Below, piece after piece: positions 40,996 to 51,600 of a DNA stretch of 64,000 bases (position 1 is the stretch's first letter; each line of letters starts with the position of its first letter). Below the pieces are notes generated by a model. It made no database searches, was not told the origin of the DNA, and saw only the letters and a program-made list of their open reading frames with translations. Location: positions 65,676 to 129,675 of the forward strand of contig JAHEZM010000001.1 in assembly GCA_023251075.1 (NCBI GenBank). Direction: 5' to 3'. Made by a program: the position numbers and the translations under genes. This DNA is from Flavobacteriales bacterium. GTDB taxonomy: Bacteria > Bacteroidota > Bacteroidia > Flavobacteriales_C > GCA-002722245.

Positions 40996-42255
40996 ATGGA
41001 TCTACTGCTTAAGAACGCACACATCATCGATCCAAATTCCCCTTTCCATAATAAAAAGTCAGATATCCTCATTAAAAACGGCAAAATAGCTGAGATTGGT
41101 AAAGTCAATAGCAAAGGAGCTAAAATCATAGAATCTAAAAATCTTTGTGTTTCCCCTGGCTGGCTGGATGTTCATGCAAATTTTTGCGATCCGGGAAATG
41201 AGCACAAAGAAACTTTACAGAATGGGATTAAAAGTGCTGCAAAAGGTGGATTTACCGGCGTGATTCTCTCCCCTGCTTCCAATCCAATTATCGATTCTAA
41301 ATCGGGAATTGAATATATAGTGAACCAAACAAAAAATAGTGTTGTAGATGTTTATCCTACTGGTCATCTTTCTGCAAAAGGTGCCGGAAAAGATTTGAGT
41401 GAAATGTTTGATATGCAGCAATCGGGAGCCATTGCTTTTACTGATGGAAAAAGTTCAATCAACAATACCGAGCTAATTAAATTGGCTTTATTATATGGTA
41501 AGAAATTTAACGCCTTATTGGTTTTAAATGCTGAAGACAAAAATTTAGCTGCCGATGGTTATATTAATGAAAGTAAAGTTTCAGCTCAGTTGGGTTTAAA
41601 AACCCGACCAATTATTGCAGAAGACGTAGCAGTGGCTACTAATTTATCTTTATTGGAATATACCGAAGGAAGATTACACTTGAATAATATTTCTGGTGGC
41701 AGAGCAGTTGAATTGATTAAAGAAGCCAAAAAGAAAAAATTAAACATCTCTGCTGATGCTGCTGTTTTAAATTTGGTATTCAATGATGAAGAGATCATGG
41801 GCTTCAATTCTAACTTTAAAGTATTGCCTCCTCTTCGTGATGAACAAAGCAGAAAAGCTCTTGTAGCCGGAATAAAAAATGGAACGATTGATTTTATTAC
41901 TTCTAATCACGAACCACAAAATATTGAAAATAAATTGTGTGAATTCGATCATGCAGAGTTTGGCGCGGCAATAATTGAAAATACATTTTCTGTACTAAAT
42001 ACTTATTTAAACAAAGAGCTTTCTTTGGAATCTATAATCGAAAAAATTTCCATTGCACCTCGCAAAGTTTTTGGTTTAGAAATTCCAACTATCAAAGTAG
42101 GAGAAAGTGCAAACATTACTTTATTTGATCCATCAGAAAAAGTAGTAATCAATGAAAAAAGTTTACAATCGCTTTCCAAAAACAATCCGTTTATTGGAAA
42201 AACTTTAACTGGAAAAGTGCTTGGAATTATCAATCACGGCAAACTTTCCGCTTAA
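40996..42255 (+). CDS. Dihydroorotase-like amidohydrolase with substituted metal ligands (probably non-catalytic)
   Basis: The overall DHOase class I layout is present (PGWLDVHANFCDPGNEHKE..AAKGGFT..AFTDG..). However, HxH reads HAN, the DHAPH-like motif reads NHEPQ, and the middle His motifs are absent. Confidence 0.7.
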   Translation: MDLLLKNAHIIDPNSPFHNKKSDILIKNGKIAEIGKVNSKGAKIIESKNLCVSPGWLDVHANFCDPGNEHKETLQNGIKSAAKGGFTGVILSPASNPIIDSKSGIEYIVNQTKNSVVDVYPTGHLSAKGAGKDLSEMFDMQQSGAIAFTDGKSSINNTELIKLALLYGKKFNALLVLNAEDKNLAADGYINESKVSAQLGLKTRPIIAEDVAVATNLSLLEYTEGRLHLNNISGGRAVELIKEAKKKKLNISADAAVLNLVFNDEEIMGFNSNFKVLPPLRDEQSRKALVAGIKNGTIDFITSNHEPQNIENKLCEFDHAEFGAAIIENTFSVLNTYLNKELSLESIIEKISIAPRKVFGLEIPTIKVGESANITLFDPSEKVVINEKSLQSLSKNNPFIGKTLTGKVLGIINHGKLSA

Positions 42256-42403
42256 TCTTATTTTTTCTTTTCAACACAAGAATTTCAAAAGCTTTCGTTA
42301 TCAATCCATTATAACTTTATTCACAAAATCCAGTGAATAAGTATATGGCGCAGGTATTGTTAGAATTAAATTAAAAGCAAATATTTGGTTATACCTGTAA
42401 TGC

Positions 42404-43804
42404 ATGGAAGAAAACGAATTCAATCACGAGCCGGAAGAAATTCACAACGACATCGAACGCTTTGAAACAATGATAGCGAGAAATGATTTGTATTATTTCG
42501 ATCGCGAAAAATTCTCCGATATTATAGATTATTACGCCAATCAAAAAGATTTCCAAAGAGCAATGCTCGTGTTGAAATACGCAAAGTCGCAACATCCTGA
42601 ATCTAAAGAATTAAAATTATCTGAGGTTCAAATCCTTGCAGGTAATTATAAATTCAAAAAAGCTTTACGTTTATTGTCTCAATTAGAACTGGAATTACCT
42701 TGGAATGCAGAAGTTTATCTTACCAAAGCAACGGTATTGAGTAAATTGAAATTACACGAAAAGGCAATTGAGTATTTAAAAAAGGCCATTGAGTTTGTTG
42801 AACATAAAGATGAAGTTTATGTAATGCTGGCTTTTGAATATCAATTTATTTGCGACTACGATAATGCTATTGAATATTTTAAACTCGCGTTGAAAGAGAA
42901 TTCTGAAAACGATGCAGCACTTTATGAATTGGCATATTGCTTTGATCTTCAAAACAAAACAGAACAAGGTATCGACTATCTCTTGAACTATTTAGATGTT
43001 GAGCCTTATAGCGATGGTGCCTGGTTTAATTTGGGGAATTTCTATACCAAAACAGGAAAGGTTGAAGAAGCTATTGATGCTTACGATTTTGTTTTAGCTA
43101 TTAATCCTCATTTCAGTGCTGCCTATTTCAGCAAAGGAAATTTATTAGCGCATTTGGAACGCTATGAAGATGCTATTGAAATCTATAAAGAGACTTTCGA
43201 ATTGGAAACTCCAGGAGGAATTGTTTATTGCTATATCGCCGAATGTTACGAGAAATTAAACAACTTCGAATTAAGTTTGGAGCACTACAACAAAGCAATT
43301 TCTCTAGATCCTGAATTTGGTGATTCATGGTTAGGCAAAGCAATTTGTTTAGATGAACTCGGAAGAACCAAAGATGCCTACAAATGCATTCAAAAAGCTT
43401 TAGATATAGATAAAGAAAATGCCGATTACTGGTATGCTTTTTCTGAGTTAGAAGATAAGTTAGGTAATACCAACGATGCTATTTTTTCTTTTAGAAAAGC
43501 ATTGAACCTGAATCCGGAAGAACCAGAGTTATTTTTAGAGTTTGCCGACTTAATCATGAAAACCAGTGCGCACGAAACAGCAATTGAAGCTATTCATGAA
43601 GGAATGAACTTACATGGTGATTTTCACCGTTTTCACTATTATTTAACTGCTATTTACTTAGAGAGAGGATCTTTCAACAAAGCTTACGAACATTTTGAAA
43701 AAGGATTAATCATGAATGCGAAAGATCATGAATTTCTGTTTGAAGTGATGCCTGAAGCAAAAGACAATCAGAATATTTTAGAGTTGATCGACTTGTACAA
43801 CTAG
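42404..43804 (+). CDS. Tetratricopeptide (TPR) repeat protein
   Basis: 466 aa with many 34-residue A/Y/L-patterned repeats (e.g. AIEYFKLALKENSENDAALYELAYCF). Confidence 0.8.
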   Translation: MEENEFNHEPEEIHNDIERFETMIARNDLYYFDREKFSDIIDYYANQKDFQRAMLVLKYAKSQHPESKELKLSEVQILAGNYKFKKALRLLSQLELELPWNAEVYLTKATVLSKLKLHEKAIEYLKKAIEFVEHKDEVYVMLAFEYQFICDYDNAIEYFKLALKENSENDAALYELAYCFDLQNKTEQGIDYLLNYLDVEPYSDGAWFNLGNFYTKTGKVEEAIDAYDFVLAINPHFSAAYFSKGNLLAHLERYEDAIEIYKETFELETPGGIVYCYIAECYEKLNNFELSLEHYNKAISLDPEFGDSWLGKAICLDELGRTKDAYKCIQKALDIDKENADYWYAFSELEDKLGNTNDAIFSFRKALNLNPEEPELFLEFADLIMKTSAHETAIEAIHEGMNLHGDFHRFHYYLTAIYLERGSFNKAYEHFEKGLIMNAKDHEFLFEVMPEAKDNQNILELIDLYN

Positions 43805-43812
43805 TTTAACAC

Positions 43813-44130
43813 TTAGTATCTCTCCATCTCATTATCAACATCCTCTTGCCATTCTAATATTCCTCCATTAAGATTGTAAAGATTATCGAAACCGAATCTT
43901 TCCTCTAAAGCAGAAATTACGCTTGCCGATCGACGGCCACTTCTGCAATACACCACTACTGTTTTATCACGTGGTATTTTATCAACGTTGGATAAAATCT
44001 CATTCATTGGAATATGTAAACCACCAATCGTAGCAATTTCTAACTCATATCCCTCACGCACATCAATCAATTGAATGTCTTCCCCTTTATCTAATCTTTC
44101 TTTTAATTCTATTGCCGAAATGTTATCCAT
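43813..44130 (-). CDS. Rhodanese-like sulfurtransferase domain protein
   Basis: It has the active-site loop VVYCRSGRRSA. The start is set at MDNISAIEL because a TAcaTTTG box (44148..44155) lies inside the longer ORF. Confidence 0.8.
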   Translation of the reverse strand: MDNISAIELKERLDKGEDIQLIDVREGYELEIATIGGLHIPMNEILSNVDKIPRDKTVVVYCRSGRRSASVISALEERFGFDNLYNLNGGILEWQEDVDNEMERY

Positions 44131-44147
44131 AGTGTAATGTTTGAATT

Positions 44148-44155
44148 CAAATGTA
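44148..44155 (-). promoter_or_regulatory. -7 promoter box (TAcaTTTG) for the rhodanese gene
   Basis: The reverse complement of caaatgta matches TAnnTTTG. It lies 17 nt upstream of the ATG at 44130. Confidence 0.45.
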
Positions 44156-44198
44156 GAAAAATAATTTTGGTTCCGTACTTTTGGCAATATTCTTAATT

Positions 44199-44206
44199 TA
44201 TTTTTG
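44199..44206 (+). promoter_or_regulatory. -7 promoter box (TAttTTTG) for the DedA gene
   Basis: It matches TAnnTTTG and lies 25 nt upstream of the ATG at 44232. Confidence 0.45.
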
Positions 44207-44231
44207 CCTTTTTACTTTTAACTCAAATAGT

Positions 44232-44873
44232 ATGCTTCAAGACATAATGGATTTGCTCACCAATCTAAAACCAACTATGGAAGGTTGGATTGTAGAATAC
44301 CAAAGTACTTTTTACTTTATACTTTGTTTAATCATATTTTGCGAAACAGGTTTAGTGGCAACCCCTTTTCTTCCAGGAGATTCTCTGTTATTTACGGCTG
44401 GATTATTAATAGCTCAAACCGATACATTAAATGTATGGGCTTTAATTCCCTTGCTTTTTATCGCTGCTATTTTAGGCGACAACACCAATTATTTTATAGG
44501 AAAATTCTTTGGTGAAAAGGTGTTTGAAATTAATTGGTTGAAACGCTTTATTAAAAGAGAGTATTTAGATAAAACACATGAGTTCTATGAAAAACACGGC
44601 GGTAAAGCTATAATCATGGCTCGTTTTGTTCCAATCGTTAGAACGTTTGCACCATTTGCTGCAGGAGTTGGCAAAATGAACTACACCAAATACATTACCT
44701 TCTGTGCAATTGGGGGTGCGGCATGGGTAACTGGATTAACATTGGCTGGATATTATTTAGCAAATATTTCTTTCGTAAATGAACACTACGAAAAAATAAT
44801 TTTAGGAATTGTTTTTATTTCTGTTGCACCTATCGCAATTGGTTTTTTGAAAAATAAATTCACTAAAAAGTAA
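44232..44873 (+). CDS. DedA family (SNARE-associated) membrane protein
   Basis: It has the FLPGDSLLFTAG motif and 4-5 TM helices. The start is set at the ATG 44232 rather than the upstream TTG. Confidence 0.8.
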   Translation: MLQDIMDLLTNLKPTMEGWIVEYQSTFYFILCLIIFCETGLVATPFLPGDSLLFTAGLLIAQTDTLNVWALIPLLFIAAILGDNTNYFIGKFFGEKVFEINWLKRFIKREYLDKTHEFYEKHGGKAIIMARFVPIVRTFAPFAAGVGKMNYTKYITFCAIGGAAWVTGLTLAGYYLANISFVNEHYEKIILGIVFISVAPIAIGFLKNKFTKK

Positions 44874-44916
44874 TTCCCTTTTTTATAACATAGAGGTATT
44901 TTCGTAGAAGAGTCCC

Positions 44917-46029
44917 CTACTTAGATTCCAATATATTTATTCCTAAAGTTTTCTCAATAAAATGAAGTGACTTCATTTCTTCTTTAGAGACAATACTTAA
45001 TGATAATCCTTTTTTTCCTGCACGAGCGGTTCGGCCACTACGATGCGTATAATATTCCACCTGATCTGGTAATTGATAGTGCACAACGTAAGCTAATCCT
45101 GAAACATCAATACCTCTGGCAGCTAAATCAGTAGCAATTAATATCTGTAATTTTTCGTTTTTAAAAGCGCGCATCACCTTCTCTCTATCTTTCTGCATCA
45201 TATCTCCTTGAATAGCATCGGCCGAAATATTTTTGGCCATTAACTGTTTAGCTAAAGTAGCAGCACTAACCTTTGTTTTACAAAAAATAACTCCACGATG
45301 GCTACCCTGATCTTTCAAGAAATTCAATAATACAGGTAGTTTGTCGGTGCCTTCACAACGCACAAATTCATGAACTATGGCTTTGTTCACCACATTATCT
45401 TTATCTACCTGCACCTTCAACGCATCGGCAGCCATATATTTATTAATGATTTCCTTTATCTCAGAAGGCATGGTAGCCGAAAATAACCACGTATTTCGCT
45501 TTCCTTTACTATGACTTAAAATGGTAGTTAATTCCTTTTTAAACCCCATACTCAACATTTCATCTGCCTCATCCAATACAATAGTTTTTACATTACTCAA
45601 TTCAATAGCTTTTCTATTGAGCAGATCAATCAATCTTCCGGGAGTTGCCACTACAATTTGTGTTGGACGTTTCAACTTGGCGATTTGAATCTCGATCTTT
45701 TCGCCACCAAAAACCGCTTCTGTAAAAATTTTATCGTGATACTTAGTAAACTTAAAAAGTTGTTTGGCAATTTGTTGTGCCAACTCGCGTGTAGGTGATA
45801 AAATAAGGGCTTGTACCTTATCACTTTTAGGATTTACCTTCATAAGTAAAGGCAATCCAAATGCAGCAGTTTTACCCGTTCCTGTTTGGGCCTGACCAAT
45901 AAAATCGCTGCCTTTTTCCAACAAAAAAGGAATAGCTTTCTCCTGAATATCAGTAGGAGTATTAATTTGCATTTCTTCTAATCCTTTAATCAAAGAAGAA
46001 GAAATTCCAAGTTCTTTAAATGTTGCCAA
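44917..46029 (-). CDS. DEAD-box ATP-dependent RNA helicase (short paralogue)
   Basis: Helicase motifs seen are AQTGTGKTAAF, DEADEML, SAT and HRSGRTARAG. The start is proposed at TTG 46029 (TTG GCA ACA TTT AAA = MATFKELG), by analogy with the paralogue at 26490. The 80-codon upstream extension is hydrophobic junk that overlaps the mnmE promoter and 5' end. Confidence 0.8.
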   Translation of the reverse strand: MATFKELGISSSLIKGLEEMQINTPTDIQEKAIPFLLEKGSDFIGQAQTGTGKTAAFGLPLLMKVNPKSDKVQALILSPTRELAQQIAKQLFKFTKYHDKIFTEAVFGGEKIEIQIAKLKRPTQIVVATPGRLIDLLNRKAIELSNVKTIVLDEADEMLSMGFKKELTTILSHSKGKRNTWLFSATMPSEIKEIINKYMAADALKVQVDKDNVVNKAIVHEFVRCEGTDKLPVLLNFLKDQGSHRGVIFCKTKVSAATLAKQLMAKNISADAIQGDMMQKDREKVMRAFKNEKLQILIATDLAARGIDVSGLAYVVHYQLPDQVEYYTHRSGRTARAGKKGLSLSIVSKEEMKSLHFIEKTLGINILESK

Positions 46030-46119
46030 TGTTGTGATTTTAGATGGTGAAGATAAGATTAATAAAAGGAAAATGTTAAACTTTAGTCGGCCCGCTGCCG
46101 GAAGCAAAAGACAAAACAT

Positions 46120-46127
46120 TATCTTTG
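46120..46127 (+). promoter_or_regulatory. -7 promoter box (TAtcTTTG) for mnmE
   Basis: It matches TAnnTTTG and ends 5 nt before the ATG at 46133. Confidence 0.45.
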
Positions 46128-46132
46128 CACTT

Positions 46133-47512
46133 ATGGAAGGACTCCGACAATTTGCAGCCAGCAACGACACCATCATTGCGCCAGCAACAGCACCTGGCGT
46201 TAGTGCCATTGCCGTAATTCGTTTGTCGGGAAAAGACGCCATCAATAAATGTAATGACGTATTCACCAAAAATATTCTCGATGTTAAATCTCACACGCTG
46301 CATTTTGGAAATATTGCAGATGGAGAACGAATCATTGATGAAGTACTGGTAAGTGTATTCAAAGCACCTCACTCCTACACCGCCGAAAATACTATTGAAA
46401 TATCTTGTCATGGCTCACCTTACATTCAACAAGAAATCATCAAACTCTTTCTGCAAAAAGGAGTGCGAATGGCCGAACCTGGTGAATTTACTTTACGTGC
46501 TTTTTATAATGGCAAATTAGATTTATCGCAAGCAGAAGCCGTTGCCGATTTGATACACTCAACTTCTGAATCAGAACATCAAATGGCCATTTCACAAATT
46601 AGAGGAGGCTTCTCCAACGAAATAAAAAAACTACGCGAAGAAATTATTCGCTTCGCTTCTTTAATAGAATTAGAACTCGATTTTAGTGAAGAAGATGTGG
46701 AGTTTGCTGATCGTAGTGATTTCATTAATCTATTGAATAAAACACAAGCAGCTATTCAAAAATTAATTGATTCTTTCATTGCAGGAAATGTATTTAAAAA
46801 TGGAGTTCCGGTGGCTATTGTTGGGAAACCTAACGTAGGCAAATCAACTTTACTCAATGCTTTATTGAATGAAGAAAGAGCTATTGTTTCAAGCATTGCT
46901 GGAACCACCCGAGATACGATTGAAGATGAAATCAACATCAAAGGCATTAAATTTCGTTTTGTTGATACCGCTGGAATAAGAGAAACCACCGACGAAATAG
47001 AAAGTATTGGAATTGAAAAAACTTTTGAAAAGATTAAACAAGCCAGTATTGTTTTGTACTTGCTTGATCCATCAACACCCCAACAGGAACTTGATTCTAT
47101 TCGAAAATCTTTTACCGATAAAAGTGATAGTAATAAACGTCGCTTAATTTTTATTTTCAATAAAACAGATCTTAGCATACCCTTCATCGCTAAAGGAAAT
47201 GATATTTTATTTATTTCCGCCAAAGAAAAAACAGGCATAGAAAAAGTAAAAGATCAGTTAATTTCTTTGGTGAATTTAGGACAAGTAAAAGTAGGCGACA
47301 TTATTGTTTCAAACAGTCGCCATTATGATGCTCTCACCCGTGCACAACAAAGTTTAGATACCGTTTTAAAAGGAATTCAAAATAAACTTCCAACCGATTT
47401 AGTAGCTATTGATATTCGCAGCGCTATGTTTGAATTAGGCAGTATCACAGGACAAGTGTCAACAGATGACCTACTAGATTCTATATTTAGAAATTTCTGC
47501 GTGGGCAAATAG
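46133..47512 (+). CDS. mnmE: tRNA uridine-5-carboxymethylaminomethyl modification GTPase
   Basis: The N-terminus reads DTIIAPATAPGVSAIAVIRLSG, the G1 motif is GKPNVGKSTLLNAL, DTAG is present and the C-terminus is FCVGK. The start is set at MEGLRQ (46133). Confidence 0.9.
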   Translation: MEGLRQFAASNDTIIAPATAPGVSAIAVIRLSGKDAINKCNDVFTKNILDVKSHTLHFGNIADGERIIDEVLVSVFKAPHSYTAENTIEISCHGSPYIQQEIIKLFLQKGVRMAEPGEFTLRAFYNGKLDLSQAEAVADLIHSTSESEHQMAISQIRGGFSNEIKKLREEIIRFASLIELELDFSEEDVEFADRSDFINLLNKTQAAIQKLIDSFIAGNVFKNGVPVAIVGKPNVGKSTLLNALLNEERAIVSSIAGTTRDTIEDEINIKGIKFRFVDTAGIRETTDEIESIGIEKTFEKIKQASIVLYLLDPSTPQQELDSIRKSFTDKSDSNKRRLIFIFNKTDLSIPFIAKGNDILFISAKEKTGIEKVKDQLISLVNLGQVKVGDIIVSNSRHYDALTRAQQSLDTVLKGIQNKLPTDLVAIDIRSAMFELGSITGQVSTDDLLDSIFRNFCVGK

Positions 47513-47595
47513 CTGTAAAATACGTACATAAACATATTTAGAGGTCGGATGCCATTTTAATCAACATTTTTACAGATAACCAATATAGAGTAGAT

Positions 47596-48357
47596 ATGAC
47601 AAAAATAGCTTTAATAACAGGCGCAACTTCAGGTATTGGAATGGCAACTGCAATCAAATTATCTGAGAATGGATATAATCTAATTTTGTGTGGTCGTAGA
47701 ATGGAGAGGTTAGAAAACTTGAAAAGTAAATTGTTGGGTAAAGTCAAAGTTCAATTTTTAATTTTTGATGTCCGCAACAAATCCAAGGTTGAATATCTAA
47801 TCAATAATTTATCGGAGGAATGGAAAAACATCGATATTTTAATTAATAGTGCGGGTAATGCTCATGGCTTAGCTCCCATCAACGATGGAGATATTGAAGA
47901 TTGGGATGCCATGATAGATGCTAATGTAAAGGGACTCCTTTATGTTTCACGCGCAGTGATACCGCAAATGGTTGAAAGAAAAAAAGGACACATCATAAAT
48001 ATAAGCTCTGTTTCAGGAAAACAAACATATGCTAACGGCACTATTTATTGCGCTTCAAAAAAAGCTGTAGAAGCAATAAGTGAAGGCATGAGACTCGATT
48101 TAACTGAACATGGAATTAAAATAACAAACATAGCGCCAGGTGCAGTTGAAACAGAATTTTCAGAAATAAGATTTAAAGGTGACAAGGAAAAAGCTAAAAA
48201 AGTTTACGAAGGATTTGATCCATTGCTTGCAGAAGACATTGCGGATATGATTTTATACGCTGTGTGTGCTCCCGACAGAGTAACTATTGCTGATGTAGTA
48301 ATATACGCAAAAGCTCAATCAACACCTACAACAATATATAGAAAATTAATGCAGTAG
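47596..48357 (+). CDS. Short-chain dehydrogenase/reductase (YdfG-like NADP-dependent)
   Basis: It has the cofactor-binding motif TGATSGIG, an NSAG motif and the catalytic YCASK. Confidence 0.85.
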   Translation: MTKIALITGATSGIGMATAIKLSENGYNLILCGRRMERLENLKSKLLGKVKVQFLIFDVRNKSKVEYLINNLSEEWKNIDILINSAGNAHGLAPINDGDIEDWDAMIDANVKGLLYVSRAVIPQMVERKKGHIINISSVSGKQTYANGTIYCASKKAVEAISEGMRLDLTEHGIKITNIAPGAVETEFSEIRFKGDKEKAKKVYEGFDPLLAEDIADMILYAVCAPDRVTIADVVIYAKAQSTPTTIYRKLMQ

Positions 48358-48639
48358 CGGTAACTTAAGTTTTTATTCGAGGCAACCTGAAAGTAGCAAA
48401 TTTCATTTATTACATTAGCATCTACTTTACTTCCGTCTATTGATTTTTCTTGGGTTTTTGCAGGACTATGATAAGCATTTTACCCCCTCCGATTGATTAA
48501 AAAAATCACTCTTAAAATCTGAATTCCAGTTGGTTATTTTATCAATATATTGTTTTTATTCCCATAGATAACTATTCTATTTTGCTTGCATAATGTGTTC
48601 CGCTTACAGTAGATTTTATCAACCTAATTTTTATATCTT

Positions 48640-51600
48640 ATGAAAACTAAGCTAAATAGCAGGAAAACGATTGTAAGTCTTTTTACATTCTTTTTTATTT
48701 TTTCAATTGATACAATTGGACAAGGTGATGAAGGTTCAAAAGCAGAGAATTTCATTCAATCAGAATTCGATAAAGATGATGCTGTTAAATTGTTAATGAA
48801 AGACATTCATGTATCTCATGAAGACAGCCTTAAGTTGACGAAATATTTTTCCAATGAATTGAGGAGCCTGGCTATCGAACTTGTTGTGATGCATGTGAAC
48901 AACAGGTCACTTTATAACACAGATTACGCAAGGAGCACCTTCAATACGAAAGTAGGATCTTTAAGAAAAGAGTTTTATACACATGGAATGGAAATAGTAG
49001 AGGATGATGTTGCCGAGGCCATTAAACGAGGAGAAGTTTTTAGAGGGCCTTTTGATTTACCACCTCCACAACCAATTCCGAATGGTCCGTGTGTCAATAT
49101 GGATTTTGAAAATGGGAATCTAAACGGATGGGAAGGAAGTCATGGACAAGTAACTGGAGCCGTACAATTTAGTTATAGTTTTCTCCCTGTAGATGCAGTT
49201 TTGATAACCCCTCACCACGAAATTGTTACAGCAGGAAAAGATCCCATGTTGTGTACTGCTGTTTTACCCATGGTTAACCCCGATGGGGGGTCTTATTCTG
49301 TTCGATTAGGTGACCAGGTCAATGGTGGTAATGCAGCTGAGATTAGACAAACCTTTTTAGTAACTCCTCAAAACTATGGATTTTCTTATAGTTACGCAGT
49401 TGTGCTTCAGGATCCTCCTGCTGACCATACATTAGAACAAAGACCTTATTTCTCTATTAGAGTGTTGGATGCCAATGGAGCTGAGATTGATTGTGGAACA
49501 TTTGACGTGATTTCGGGTGCGGGAATAACAGGATTCAAAAATGATGTAGATGCTGGTGGAAATGTTTGCCATGTGTATAAAGAATGGTCAACTGTTTTTA
49601 TTCCTTTAGGCTCGTTTATTGGTCAAAATGTTACTGTTGTTTTTAGATCAGGAGATTGTTCTCTAGGAGCACACTATGGCTATGCTTATGTTGATGCAAG
49701 ATGTACACCAATGCCTTTATTGGTTTCAAAAGTTAATGGAGATTGTAGTAATCCAAATGCTATTCTTACTGCACCGATTGGGGGATCAAGTTATAAATGG
49801 AGTCCGGGCGGACAAACGACCCAATCTATCACGATTACTACACCGGGGCATTATGAGGTAACTATTGGTTCAAATGCAGGACAACAATGTACTACTACTT
49901 TGAAGTATGATTACAATGCCAATTCGAAACCACCTGTGGCTGATTTTACTTCAACAGATGGCTGTTTAGGAATTGCAACAACGTTCACCGACCAGTCTGT
50001 TTCGAATACAACCGGCCCATTAACGAAGTGGGAATGGAAGCTTGGAAATGGAGCCCTTAGTTCTTCTCAAAATCCTATTTATAATTACACTACCGCAGGT
50101 CCGCAAAACGTAACGCTTAAAGTTACCAATTCCGATGGTTGTGTAGATAGTATAACTCAGATAGTTCAGGTTTATACAATTCCTGATTTTACATTAGCTG
50201 TGGTTTACTCTTGCACCACTCTTCCTACTATTAATGTAAGCTTGGTAAATCAGGTCCTGGGTAGTATGTATGAATGTAGAATAAACGGAGGGGCATGGCA
50301 AAGCAGTCTGCAGTTTTTGAATGTGCCTGATGGAATAGCTACTATTGAAGTTCGCTTGAACGGACATTGTCCGGTATCAAAAACCATCGCTGTAGCAAAC
50401 CAAAACTTTGTGAAAACAGGTACAAGCGCCAGTCCAAACAAAAATTCATATTGCAAAGGCGATCAGGTAACCTTAACAAGCACCGATGTTAATTGCAGTT
50501 CAATGAGATGGTTTGCTGACGCTACTTCTACTACTCCCATTCAAACCGGATGTAGTTATTCCTATACTTTGAATTCCGATTCGGTAACAACCTATTTTGA
50601 ACCTTACTCCGATCCAAACAATTACGTTGTTGGAAGACCTACAGGCTATGAGGATTGGCCTGGTGATAATCAGGGAAGATTTGAAACTTATGTTCCTGTA
50701 GTAATAGATGGGTTTTCAGTTCTGGGAGCTGATTATTCGGCAACTTGTGGAACTACTGCTACTTTTACTGTAAAGAATGGAAATGGGGTAGTAGTCGCAG
50801 GCCCTGTATCTGCAACCGTTAATTGTGATCGTAATAAGCCAGAAACAGTTGTAACTGGACTAAATCTTGTTGTTCCTGCTGGACCTTGGTTTTCATTAGA
50901 GGTCTCTGGTGTTTCACTAAAGGCATCAAAGGGAGCGAATACTACAGTCAGTCAGCCCGGAATAATTAATGTGCTTAATTCTGGTGCATTTACCAATTGG
51001 AAGGTTAGCTCGGCGACAAAATGTCCTCTTCGTAATTCCATAAAAATAAAGAGTAAATGCCCTTGTCCGGATACCACTTTGAAATTTCCTGCACCTCTTT
51101 GTTCCGACAAAGATTTCGATTTGAATACTTTAAAAACAACCACCACTGCTTCTGGTATTTGGAAAATAGTACAAAAACCCGGGGGATCAAATTCTGCAAC
51201 ATTAAACGGAACCACTTTCAATGCAGGAAAAAATGGTGATGGAGGAGATTATGTATTAGCTTATGTTTTAACAGGCGGACCATTTCCTAATTGTCCGGAT
51301 TCCAATGCAAGAACGATTCATGTGAATAAAGCAGAAGCAGCAAAAATTCCACGTCCGCAAGGTGTGTTTTGCGTCAGTGACCCTGAGCAGACTTTGCAAC
51401 TTGATCCTACATCAGATGCAGGAAAGTGGAGCGGAACAGGTATTACTGATATTAATGCAGGAAAATTTAATCCCGCTGTAGCAGGAATAGGCAATCACTT
51501 GATCAACTATAAAACCAACGGAGTTTGTTGGAAACAGGATACTATTACGATCACGGTAGTAAATCAAAAAATATCAAACATACTTACACCTGATACTACT

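Noticed and set aside
46030-46269. The long N-terminal extension of the second DEAD-box helicase, and the 46034..46132 extension of mnmE.
   Set aside because: The two extensions overlap each other on opposite strands. They are hydrophobic or basic junk, and shorter starts give canonical N-termini. An mnmE -7 box also lies inside the helicase extension.
46756-47238. The 160-aa - strand ORF inside mnmE.
   Set aside because: It is an antisense shadow of a confident gene.
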